Source: Candidatus Iainarchaeum sp.
GTDB taxonomy: Archaea > Iainarchaeota > Iainarchaeia > Iainarchaeales > JAZDEL01
Assembly: GCA_043820655.1 (NCBI GenBank)
Contig: JBDRDO010000030.1
Location: 1 to 33,850, forward strand
Direction: 5' to 3'
DNA: 33,850 nt
The notes beneath the pieces are model-generated. The model saw only the letters and a program-made list of their open reading frames with translations. It made no database searches and was not told where the DNA came from. Below, in pieces: positions 7,162 to 15,567 of this stretch (positions are counted from its first letter, which is position 1; the number at the start of each line of letters is the position of its first letter). Both the position numbers and the translations under genes were made by a program.

Positions 7162-7788
7162 TTACATGTCCTTCGGCACGCGCCTCGGCTCATCAGAATC
7201 GCGGTCGCCAAACCGCCTGAAGCGTTCCCTGTCGCGTTCCTGTGCGGGCGGGCGGACAAATAAATAATGCTTAATCCCCTCGCCGTCAAGCTCGTCAAGT
7301 ATGCGCTTCATAAGCGTCTTTATCGGATTCGGCATAAGCTTTACCCTTGTTTCAAGGTCGGAATATGACTTGAACTCGCCCTTCTCACGCTCCTGAAGCA
7401 CGGCAAGCATGTGTTTCTTTCCCAATCCCGGGAGGAGTTCAAGCTGATGCCTCTTCAAAGTGATGGGACCCGAGGTGTTGAAGAATTCCATGAACTTGTC
7501 CTCGCGCTCCCTGATAAGCGTTTCGACTGCCTTGTTCAGTTCCGAAACCGCGTTTGAGGTTAGTTCCGAAAAGGAGATGCGGCGCTTTATGAAGTCTATC
7601 TTCTCGCGCTCCTCCTTGCCAACGTAAATTTTCTCCATTGCCTTGAGCTCGGCGCCCGACTTGGGCACAACCTCAAGTATTGTGAAGTATTCAATCCCCA
7701 GAACCTGTGCAATCGGCTCGCTCTTGTAGCTTGAGGACTTGCCGCGGGGCAAATAATCAAGAACTATTGCGTGCTCCTCAACCTTCAT
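7162..7788 (-). CDS. DUF655 / COG1491 predicted RNA-binding protein
   Basis: EEHAIVLDYLPRG, AQVLG..YFTILE, FFNTSGPITLKRHQLELLPGLGKK (HhH); conserved position after rpo4. Confidence 0.92.
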   Translation of the reverse strand: MKVEEHAIVLDYLPRGKSSSYKSEPIAQVLGIEYFTILEVVPKSGAELKAMEKIYVGKEEREKIDFIKRRISFSELTSNAVSELNKAVETLIREREDKFMEFFNTSGPITLKRHQLELLPGLGKKHMLAVLQEREKGEFKSYSDLETRVKLMPNPIKTLMKRILDELDGEGIKHYLFVRPPAQERDRERFRRFGDRDSDEPRRVPKDM

Positions 7789-7817
7789 GAAACCACCTTT
7801 GGGAAAAAGTTCTGCCG

Positions 7818-8156
7818 CTATTTGCGGTATTTCTTGATTATTGCAAGTATGCTTTCAAGGGCGGCATCGTCAATGGGCACGTCTTTGGGCACAAGAAGTT
7901 TCAGCCTGTCAAGTTCATCTGGGAGCGTGTCGGCAATTTTTATGGCAAATTCAGGAGTCATGCCGTTAATCGCCTTCAGATCCTTAATAATCTTCTCGCC
8001 TTTTGCCTTAGAAAGGCGCGAGAATTTCTTAACGTATTCAGTTGTGAGACCCTGCTCATAAGTGGGCTCGCCCTCAACCTCTGCGCGAACCTTAAGCAGT
8101 TCCTTTACCTCGTAAAGAGGGATATCCGTGCTTGAATTTATTTTCTTCCCTATCAT
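7818..8156 (-). CDS. rpo4: DNA-directed RNA polymerase subunit Rpo4 (RpoF)
   Basis: MIGKKI...IPLYEVKELL...TYEQ..T.EYVKKFS...AIKIADTLP; ATGA overlap with rpl21e. Confidence 0.93.
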   Translation of the reverse strand: MIGKKINSSTDIPLYEVKELLKVRAEVEGEPTYEQGLTTEYVKKFSRLSKAKGEKIIKDLKAINGMTPEFAIKIADTLPDELDRLKLLVPKDVPIDDAALESILAIIKKYRK

Positions 8157-8533
8157 GCCTTGATGCCTCCTGAAGTTATGCCGAATTCCTTCAGCTCGGC
8201 CGCCCTGTCCGTGACAACCTTTGCTTCGGCGTTCTGCTTCGCGCCCTCCTTAACAGGGCAAAGGTGTGCCGGGCTGACAACCAGGAATTTCACAAGATTG
8301 CCCTCCTTAACCTCAACCATGTAAACCGCGCCGCGCTTGCTTAATACTGTTCCCGTCATGCCCTGGTAGCGCAGGGACGGCATGCCTGCGTGTATTGAAG
8401 TGTCTATTATCAGCGTAACCCTGCTGCCCTTGCGGAACTTGCGCAGTTTTTTATTTACGGTTGTGCGGGAGCGTTTCCGCTGGCCCTTATGCCTCGTCTT
8501 TGAGCGCTTTCCTATTGCCTTTTTATTGCTCAT
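8153..8533 (-). CDS. rpl21e: 50S ribosomal protein eL21 (L21e), with a short C-terminal extension
   Basis: G.RSKTRHK, F.KG.RV..IID.SIHAGMP..RYQGMTG.V..KRG, V.PAHL motifs. Confidence 0.95.
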   Translation of the reverse strand: MSNKKAIGKRSKTRHKGQRKRSRTTVNKKLRKFRKGSRVTLIIDTSIHAGMPSLRYQGMTGTVLSKRGAVYMVEVKEGNLVKFLVVSPAHLCPVKEGAKQNAEAKVVTDRAAELKEFGITSGGIKA

Positions 8534-8610
8534 TTCAAACTACCTCTAACATTAGAACCTTATCCGCCTAACTAAATCTAGGAGTAATTATAATCAAGGG
8601 AGCGGAAATG

Positions 8611-8767
8611 CTTATATATGCTATACTTTATTCGGGCAAAAAGCGCGGTATTTGCGGGGTTTGGGCGGGGTAAAAATCCCTTCCTTTTTAAATCCCTTTT
8701 TAAACGTTTATGTTTTGTTTATATATAAATGCCCGGGCTTTATAAAGGCCTTTAAAAACACTTAAAA
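8611..8767. promoter_or_regulatory. Divergent promoter region rpl21e/tbp with multiple TATA-like boxes
   Basis: TATATAAG on the minus strand (8611-8618); TTTAAA 8687 and 8699, TTTATATATAAA 8718, TTTATAAA 8739, TTTAAAAA 8751, TTAAAA 8762; SD-like GGGTGA before tbp. Confidence 0.6.
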
Positions 8768-8801
8768 GAAAGGGAAGCGCGGGAAGGGTGAGGGTGAAAA
8801 A

Positions 8802-9458
8802 ATGAAATACACTATTGTGAATCTTGTTGCTTCGGGAAACCTGAATGCAACGCTTGATTTGTATAATTTGGCGGTTACGATTCCGAATATTGAGTACGAG
8901 CCGGAGCAGTTTCCGGGCGCGATTCTGAAGCTTAAGGAGCCCAAGGTTTCAATGCTGCTGTTCAAGAACGGGAAGGTCATCTGTTCAGGGGCATCAAGCG
9001 AGAGCGAGATTTCACTTGCGATTTACAAGGCAAGCAAGCTTATACACGAGATTCAGAAGCAGGTTAAGATACAGAAGAACGCGGAGTATAATGTCGTTAA
9101 TCTTGTTGCAACTGCAAATTTGAACATGACGCTTGATTTGTTCAATACCGCGATGAAGCTGGATAATGTCGAATATGAACCCGAGCAGTTTCCCGGCGCG
9201 ATTTTAAGGATTCACGAGCCGAAACTCACGCTCCTGCTTTTCAAAAACGGGAAGCTTATTTGCGCGGGGGCAAAGAGAGAGGCATTCCTGCGCAAGGGGC
9301 TGAAGAAGGCGGCAGAGCTTATCAAAAGTGTGAACCAGGAGGGCATGCCCAAGCCCGCGAAAAAGGCCGCTGGCGGGAAAGCAAAGGCGGGGGCGAAGAA
9401 GGCGACTGCAGAAAAGAAGCCCGCGGCGAAGAAAACCGCGAAAAAGGGCAAAAAATAA
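8802..9458 (+). CDS. tbp: TATA-box binding protein with a Lys/Ala/Pro-rich C-terminal tail
   Basis: Two TBP repeats, each with VNLVA(S/T), EYEPEQFPG and LLFKNGKxICxGA. Confidence 0.97.
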   Translation: MKYTIVNLVASGNLNATLDLYNLAVTIPNIEYEPEQFPGAILKLKEPKVSMLLFKNGKVICSGASSESEISLAIYKASKLIHEIQKQVKIQKNAEYNVVNLVATANLNMTLDLFNTAMKLDNVEYEPEQFPGAILRIHEPKLTLLLFKNGKLICAGAKREAFLRKGLKKAAELIKSVNQEGMPKPAKKAAGGKAKAGAKKATAEKKPAAKKTAKKGKK

Positions 9459-9480
9459 GGGCGCGAACGCAAAAGATAGG

Positions 9481-9488
9481 TTTAAAAA
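9481..9488 (+). promoter_or_regulatory. TATA box of the 5S rRNA gene
   Basis: TTTAAAAA about 30 nt upstream of the 5S 5' end, preceded by a purine-rich BRE-like stretch (aaaagatagg). Confidence 0.55.
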
Positions 9489-9510
9489 GTTCAGCAAGAG
9501 CAATTATAAT

Positions 9511-9628
9511 TGATTAGCGGTCATAGCAGCAGGGAAACACCCGGTCTCATTCCGAACCCGGAAGTTAAGCCTGCTCGCGAATGGTTTTGCACTGGGTTAT
9601 CCCGGAGCATACTGGGCGCTGCTAATCA
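9511..9628 (+). rRNA. rrf: 5S ribosomal RNA (unlinked)
   Basis: Terminal helix TGATTAGCGG/CTGCTAATCA; conserved GCGGTCATAGC, ACACCCGGTCTCATTCCGAACCCGGAAGTTAAGCC; 118 nt. Confidence 0.95.
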
Positions 9629-9731
9629 CTTTGAATTTTCTTATTCTGTTTTGCAAACTTTGCCCCTGCAGGGCTAACTAAAATATAACCTTTATAACCT
9701 ATTGCTCCCATTATATTGAAGTTGATACCGG

Positions 9732-11663
9732 ATGGCTGTGTCTGATATTAAAGGAACTCTTAAGGGCGTTATTTCGCGCATAGGGAAGCGCGAACTGCTG
9801 ATACTTTTCCTCATATTCACGCTCGGGCTTGCAATACGCGGCTACAACATGGATTATGAGCTCTTCTTTGGGTTTGATTCCTACTTCCACGCAAGGATGG
9901 GGGCATATACAATTGAAAATTTCTCAATTCCCGACAGGGATCCGCTTGCATATTATCAGGTGGGGGGAGGGGTGATGCCAAGCCAGGGCGGTTTCTTCTG
10001 GTTTTTCATTGCGGTAATTTACAAGATATTTACGCTGGGCGCGGCATACAACAAGGAACTGTGGATCGGCTTCGTTAAGCTGCTGCCGGCAGTTTTCGGA
10101 GGGCTGATTTCTGCCGCAATGTATCTCCTGGGAAAAGAGATGTATAACAGACGCGCGGGAGTTGCAATGGGTGTGTTTGCCGCGGTAGTGCCGAGCTTTG
10201 TGTACAGGACAATGTCCGGCTTTCTGGAGGAAGATGCGTTAGGATTTTTGTGGCTGGTGCTTGGATTTGTTTTCCTGACACGCGCAATAAAAGAAATGCA
10301 ATTCAACAGAAACGCGGTTATTAATGCCGTGATTTCGGCGTTCTTCTTTGGATTGATGGCATGGACATGGGAAATGTTCCTGCTCATCCCTCTTGTGCTT
10401 GTGGGCTATTTGGGAATTGTGATTGTAGTGTTCTGGTTCAGGAACATAGAGAGGGCGAGGATTTTTGATTTCCTGAAGATTTTCCTGATTGCGTTTTTGC
10501 TGTTTTCGGGGGTGGCAACACTGCTTACAGGCACGCTGTGGATGCAAAGATCTGTTGCGTATGTTACGCAGTATCTTCCCGTCACTGCGGACAATATTGA
10601 AAGGGCGCAGACAAAGGGCAGTGATGTGCTTGCGCAGACCGTAGGGGAGGAAAACACCGGGGCGCAGTTCTTTGGCTATAAGTACAATGTGCTTATCATA
10701 TTGCCGCTGATTGCGTTTTTGCTGATACCGTTCCGACTTTTCAGGAGCAAGAGGGAGCACCTTGCGATAATAATCTTTGTCTGGACCGCAATAACGTTTT
10801 ACATGGCATGGAGCAAGCTTAAGTTCACTTACACATTGGGGCTGCCCATAGCGGCTTGCGGGGGATTTGTATTTAACGAAATTTTTATTTTCCTGAAAGG
10901 GAGAACGAATTTTGAGAAAAACATTGTGGCGGCCGCGCTTGCGTTCATGCTGCTCGCGGGAATAGGCGCGGGAACATACTTTGTCACGCAGAGACCCCCT
11001 AATATTGAGACAACACCGGGGTGGAAGGAAACGCTTTACTGGCTGAAGGACAATACGGCGGAAGACGCGAAAATATTCAACTGGTGGGACCAGGGGCACT
11101 GGATTACATTTGTTGCCGAAAGAAAGGCAAGCGCGGACAACAGGAATGCGGATGGGCTTGCGAACGTGGACTTCAGTAAATTTGTTCTGGCGGAGGATGA
11201 GGGCACGGCATTCTCAATAATAGAAAGCATATATAGTGCGGATTATGTGGTGCTGACATCAAACAGCATGACAAACCAGATATCGCTGGGGATGTATGCC
11301 CGTGATTCCTCGGATTTGAGCGATCCGAATACAAGAAAATACTTCGGGGTTATTTTCCCGTGCGGGAGGAATGTTGACGGCCTGAGCGGGAAGGCAAGCT
11401 ATGTCTGCGGGGCAAACACATTTGACGAGGCGAAGATGATGTCAATCCCGACCACGTGGCAGCCCGCGCCCAACACACTCATAAGCGAGCAGATACCTGG
11501 CTTCATTTACAGGAACAGCGATAATTCGGCGGTATACATAGTGAATGCCCCGACAAACAACACATTTATGGTGAAGCTCTGGTCCAATGACCCCTCAATA
11601 GAACACTTTGAGGAAGTTTATTTTGCGGGCGGCAATGTGAAGGTATTTAAGGTACTGCGCTGA
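9732..11663 (+). CDS. aglB: Oligosaccharyltransferase AglB (STT3 family)
   Basis: Multi-TM N-terminal part with FDSYFHAR, EED and TVGEE (TIXE/SVSE-like); soluble domain with WWDQG and DFSK (DK motif). Confidence 0.95.
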   Translation: MAVSDIKGTLKGVISRIGKRELLILFLIFTLGLAIRGYNMDYELFFGFDSYFHARMGAYTIENFSIPDRDPLAYYQVGGGVMPSQGGFFWFFIAVIYKIFTLGAAYNKELWIGFVKLLPAVFGGLISAAMYLLGKEMYNRRAGVAMGVFAAVVPSFVYRTMSGFLEEDALGFLWLVLGFVFLTRAIKEMQFNRNAVINAVISAFFFGLMAWTWEMFLLIPLVLVGYLGIVIVVFWFRNIERARIFDFLKIFLIAFLLFSGVATLLTGTLWMQRSVAYVTQYLPVTADNIERAQTKGSDVLAQTVGEENTGAQFFGYKYNVLIILPLIAFLLIPFRLFRSKREHLAIIIFVWTAITFYMAWSKLKFTYTLGLPIAACGGFVFNEIFIFLKGRTNFEKNIVAAALAFMLLAGIGAGTYFVTQRPPNIETTPGWKETLYWLKDNTAEDAKIFNWWDQGHWITFVAERKASADNRNADGLANVDFSKFVLAEDEGTAFSIIESIYSADYVVLTSNSMTNQISLGMYARDSSDLSDPNTRKYFGVIFPCGRNVDGLSGKASYVCGANTFDEAKMMSIPTTWQPAPNTLISEQIPGFIYRNSDNSAVYIVNAPTNNTFMVKLWSNDPSIEHFEEVYFAGGNVKVFKVLR

Positions 11664-11712
11664 GCGGCAACATATTTAAGGATTTCATCCGAGCAATTCT
11701 AACAGTGATTGT

Positions 11713-12738
11713 ATGTTTCCCCTGCTTATTGTGGCTGCATTGGCTTCCCTTTCCGCATTCCTTGTCTGCTGGCTGCTTGTGCCATTCATCGCACTCAGGC
11801 TAAAGAAACGCGGAATCGCGGGGCGGGACATGAACAAACTGCATAAGCCCGAAGTCCCTGAAATGGGGGGGATTGCCGTTCTTTTCGGGTTTGCCTTTGC
11901 AGTGATGTTCGCACTCGGTCTTTACGGATTTGAGGGCACACCGGACTTCAACCTTACGGCACTGCTTGCGGCGTTTTCAACAATAGTGCTTGTGGGAATT
12001 ATAGGGATTGTTGATGATTTAATTGGCTGGCGCGCGGGAATAAAGCAGTGGCAGCATGCATTGATGCCTGTTTTTGCGGCACTGCCCATAATGGTTTTGC
12101 CGCAAGTTATTGGCTTCACGGATATGACAATCCCGATTATAGGGGTTGTGAGTTTCGGGATTTATTATGCGATTTTTGTCGTGCCTGTTGCGATTACAGG
12201 GGCAAGCAATGCGGTAAATATGCTTGCGGGGCTCAATGGATTGGAGGCGGGAATGGGAATTCTGATAACAGGGACATTATTGCTTATTGCGCTTTTCCTG
12301 CCTGTCGGGCATCCGGGGCAGATTGAGGTTACAATAATACTTGCGGCAATGCTGGGGGCGCTGATTGCGTTCCTGCGCTACAACTGGGCTCCTGCAAAGG
12401 TTTTCGGGGGGGATTCACTGACGCTTATGATAGGGGCAAGTGCCGCTGCCGTGGCAATAATAGGAAATATGGAGAAGATTGCCGCACTGCTTTTTGCGAT
12501 TTATTTTATTGAACTGCTGATAAAGCTGAAACACAGGCTGAAGAGTGAATGTTACGGGATTCCGCAGGAGGACGGCACACTTGCGCCAGATCCAAGGGGC
12601 GGCTCGCTGACACATTGGATTATGCGCAGGGGCAGGTTTACGGAGAAGGGAGTCGTGCTTGCGATATTGGGGGCGCAGGCAGTTGTCTGCGTGTTTGTGT
12701 TTTTGGTGTTCTGGTTTAAGCTTTTCAAATTCATATAA
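11713..12738 (+). CDS. aglH: UDP-GlcNAc:dolichyl-phosphate GlcNAc-1-phosphotransferase (AglH/Alg7/GPT, MraY-like family)
   Basis: GRDMNK, PEMGG, GIVDD, NAVNMLAGLNGLE and YNW.PAKVFGGDS motifs; multi-TM. Confidence 0.92.
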   Translation: MFPLLIVAALASLSAFLVCWLLVPFIALRLKKRGIAGRDMNKLHKPEVPEMGGIAVLFGFAFAVMFALGLYGFEGTPDFNLTALLAAFSTIVLVGIIGIVDDLIGWRAGIKQWQHALMPVFAALPIMVLPQVIGFTDMTIPIIGVVSFGIYYAIFVVPVAITGASNAVNMLAGLNGLEAGMGILITGTLLLIALFLPVGHPGQIEVTIILAAMLGALIAFLRYNWAPAKVFGGDSLTLMIGASAAAVAIIGNMEKIAALLFAIYFIELLIKLKHRLKSECYGIPQEDGTLAPDPRGGSLTHWIMRRGRFTEKGVVLAILGAQAVVCVFVFLVFWFKLFKFI

Positions 12739-12759
12739 TTCGAAATTCATGGGCGAAGC

Positions 12760-13230
12760 GTGGTTTTTATGGGCGGAATGAAACTTTGCCTTGCATGCTC
12801 AGGAGGCGGGCATTTAAGCGAGCTGATGCAGCTTGAGGAATTTTACGGGAATAAGGAACATTTCTTTCTCACATTTAAGCGCCCCAACTCGGAAACCCTT
12901 GCGCAAAGCGGGAAAGAAAGGGTGCACTTTGTTGTTGACCCCGGAAGGAACGTGCTGAAACTGATTGTGAACATTGCACAGAGCGTGCTTGTGTTTTTCA
13001 TGGAGAGGCCGGATGCGGTTCTAACCACAGGCGCGGGCGTTGCCGTGCCTATTTCATACATTGCAAAGCTGTTCGGAAAAAAAGTGATTTACATTGAGAG
13101 TTTCTGCAGATTGGACAGCGCTTCACTGTGCGGAAAGCTGATGCATCCTGTAAGTGATTTGTTTCTCGTGCAGTGGCCCGAGGGGAAAAAGTTTTTCAGG
13201 AAGGCGGTTTTTAAGGGAGGGGTGTTTTAA
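12760..13230 (+). CDS. Alg14/PssD/CpsF-like glycosyltransferase acceptor-binding subunit
   Basis: CLACSGGGHLSEL, ERPDAVLTTGAGVAVP, IYIESFCR, FLVQWP. The start may be ATG 12769 or 12778. Confidence 0.9.
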   Translation: MVFMGGMKLCLACSGGGHLSELMQLEEFYGNKEHFFLTFKRPNSETLAQSGKERVHFVVDPGRNVLKLIVNIAQSVLVFFMERPDAVLTTGAGVAVPISYIAKLFGKKVIYIESFCRLDSASLCGKLMHPVSDLFLVQWPEGKKFFRKAVFKGGVF

Positions 13231-13734
13231 ATGCCCAAAATTTTTATCACAGTGGGGACGCACACGCAGCAATTCAATCGCATTGTGGAAAAAATGGATG
13301 AACTTGCGGGGGCGGGAAAAATAAATGGAAGCACGGTTTTCGCGCAGACAGGGAACTGCACATACGCCCCGAAAAACTTTAAGTTCAAGAAATTCATGGA
13401 TGCAAAGGAATACGAGCGCGCAATTAAGGCGAGCTCAATTGTTGTGAGCCACGGCGGGGCGGGAAGCATAATAAATTCCCTGAAAAACAGGAAGGTCCTG
13501 ATAATCACGCCAAGGCTGCAGCGTTATGGAGAGCACACAAACGACCATCAACGCGAGCTGGCGAATGCGCTTGAGAAACGCGGGAAGGCAATTGCACTGC
13601 ATGATGTTTCAAAATTAGGGGGTGCAATTAAAAAGGCGGGAAGCTTTAAGATAAGGGGCAAAGAGGAAAAGGAAGGGCTGATAATGGCACTTGAGGAATT
13701 TTGGCAAAGCGAGGTTGCGGGGGCGGGGAAATGA
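13231..13734 (+). CDS. Alg13/PssE/CpsG-like glycosyltransferase catalytic subunit (GT28 C-terminal-like)
   Basis: IFITVGTH.QQFNR, AQTG, VVSHGGAGS, PRLQRYGEHTNDHQRELA. Confidence 0.92.
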   Translation: MPKIFITVGTHTQQFNRIVEKMDELAGAGKINGSTVFAQTGNCTYAPKNFKFKKFMDAKEYERAIKASSIVVSHGGAGSIINSLKNRKVLIITPRLQRYGEHTNDHQRELANALEKRGKAIALHDVSKLGGAIKKAGSFKIRGKEEKEGLIMALEEFWQSEVAGAGK

Positions 13735-14702
13735 AAAAGCGGGTTTTGCTGTCCTACGCACTCAGCGCAATTATAATAATTGCGCTTGTTTTGGTGATTG
13801 ATATTGGAACTGTAATTGAGACACTGCAGCCACTGGCATCGCCGGAGGGGCTATTGCTGTGCATTGTTGCTTTCATTTTATATTCACTCAGCTTCCTATT
13901 CAGGGGAATAAGGTGGAAAGAACTGCTGAAGCCGATAACTGAAGTAAGTGTGATTGAATCCACGCAGATAATTTTGCTTTCTTTCTTGGCGAACAACATA
14001 CTCCCTCTGCGTTTGGGCGAGCTTGTAAGGGCGTATGTGCTTGGCAAGAATCGCGGAATTGGGAAGGTGAAATCCTTCTCAACAGTTGTGCTTGACAGGA
14101 TTGTTGACGGGCTTGTGCTAGTGGGGATTTTTGCGGTTTCCGTGCTGTTTGTTGAGAACATTCCTGCAGATGTCAGCCAGCTTATATTGCTGCCGCTTGC
14201 ACTCTTTATTTTTGTGATTCTTGTTTTTGCCTTCCCTGAGCGTTTGCTGCCGCCTGTGAAGGCGCTTGCAATAAAACTGCCTTTTGTTAAAGAGGGGCAT
14301 CTGGGCATAATTGATGACAGCTTGGCAGGGAGTGCATCACTTAGGCAGGGTTGGGGTTCAAAAGGCATTCTTGTAATTACCTCCCTTGCAGAGTGGTCTG
14401 CGATTGCTGCAATGTATTGGGTTATTACAGCACAGCTTGGAATTCCGCTGAGCATTGCGCAGCTGTTTCTGCTCACAAGCTTCACCTCATTGGGGGCAAT
14501 GCTCCCTTCAGCGCCCGGCTATATTGGGACACATGAGGCAATGATTGCCTTTGTTCTTGTTATATTTGGGTTCACAGCGGAGCAGGGGGTTTCTGTTGCA
14601 ATCTTAAGCCACATAATTATATATCTGGTTCCGCTCACGCTTGCGCCGTTCTGCCTTTCAAGCCTTAAGACAAGCTGGCGGGAAATTGCGGGATTGGGCT
14701 AG
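13731..14702 (+). CDS. Flippase-like membrane protein (lysylphosphatidylglycerol synthase TM / UPF0104 family)
   Basis: R..RW..LL, FLANNILPLRLGELVR, VVLDRIVD, PSAPGYIGTHE; ATGA overlap with the upstream gene. Confidence 0.88.
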   Translation: MKKRVLLSYALSAIIIIALVLVIDIGTVIETLQPLASPEGLLLCIVAFILYSLSFLFRGIRWKELLKPITEVSVIESTQIILLSFLANNILPLRLGELVRAYVLGKNRGIGKVKSFSTVVLDRIVDGLVLVGIFAVSVLFVENIPADVSQLILLPLALFIFVILVFAFPERLLPPVKALAIKLPFVKEGHLGIIDDSLAGSASLRQGWGSKGILVITSLAEWSAIAAMYWVITAQLGIPLSIAQLFLLTSFTSLGAMLPSAPGYIGTHEAMIAFVLVIFGFTAEQGVSVAILSHIIIYLVPLTLAPFCLSSLKTSWREIAGLG

Positions 14703-14756
14703 GGGGCTGAAGCTATATAAACCTTTCCGAAATGAGTTTGTTCAGTGGTTTTTACA

Positions 14757-15566
14757 ATGCCTAATGAAAAAAAAGCCGTTCCTGCACACGCATATTCAAG
14801 GGAATATTTCGGCACTGTGTGCGACGGCTTCAATGAATTTGAGAAGCACGCGGGCGGGAAGATGCCCGAGCGCCTTGAAAAGGCGTTTGCGCTTGTAAAA
14901 GTTGAGCGCGGAGATGCGGTGCTTGATGTAGGGTGCGGACGCGGAGAACTTGTTGTTCGTGCTGCACTCGCAGGGGCAAAGGCAAGGGGGATTGATTATT
15001 CAGATGAGGCGCTGAAGTTTGCGCGCAGTGCGATAAAAAAGCACGGTTTGCAGGATAAGGCAAAGGTTATGCGCGCGGACGCGAAGAAACTGCCGTTTGA
15101 TGACGGGGAATTCACGAAAATATTTTTTACGGATGTTATTGAGCACATGCACGACTGGGAACTGCGGGAGTTTATGCGCGAGGCAAGGCGCGTTCTTCGC
15201 ACGGGCGGGGAGATTGTGATTGAAACAAGCCCGAATGCGCTGCTTGCCAAGCCGTTATATTTCATAGGCGGGCTTGTGGGGATTAACCGCGGGCCTGTTA
15301 ATCAAGTGGTGCATGTAAATGAGCAAACATGGTTCAGCATCCGCAGGCTTCTGAAGGAGCACGGTTTTAAGGGAAAGGTGTGGATGGAGTTTGATGCCGG
15401 CTGGTTTGGTGCCGCAGTGGGGGGGAAAAGGGGTGCGGGATTGCTTATGCCGATTATAAAAATCATGGGGAACCGCGGAGTGAAATTCATTGTTGAAAAA
15501 AGCGGGGCTGGCATTTTTGTTGCCCCAAGGATCTGGTGCAAAGCAGTTAAGACAGAGGGTGATTAA
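14757..15566 (+). CDS. Class I SAM-dependent methyltransferase
   Basis: VLDVGCGRG, GIDYS, DAKKLPFDDGEF, DVIEH, RVLRTGG; TATA-like CTATATAAA at 14713-14721. Confidence 0.9.
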   Translation: MPNEKKAVPAHAYSREYFGTVCDGFNEFEKHAGGKMPERLEKAFALVKVERGDAVLDVGCGRGELVVRAALAGAKARGIDYSDEALKFARSAIKKHGLQDKAKVMRADAKKLPFDDGEFTKIFFTDVIEHMHDWELREFMREARRVLRTGGEIVIETSPNALLAKPLYFIGGLVGINRGPVNQVVHVNEQTWFSIRRLLKEHGFKGKVWMEFDAGWFGAAVGGKRGAGLLMPIIKIMGNRGVKFIVEKSGAGIFVAPRIWCKAVKTEGD

Positions 15567-15567
15567 A

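Noticed and set aside
8545-8582. TCTAAC/TTAGA and CCTA/TAGG mini-dyads in the rpl21e leader resembling the 1823/1993 motif
   Set aside because: Arms are only 4-5 bp and in the opposite arrangement; compatible with chance.
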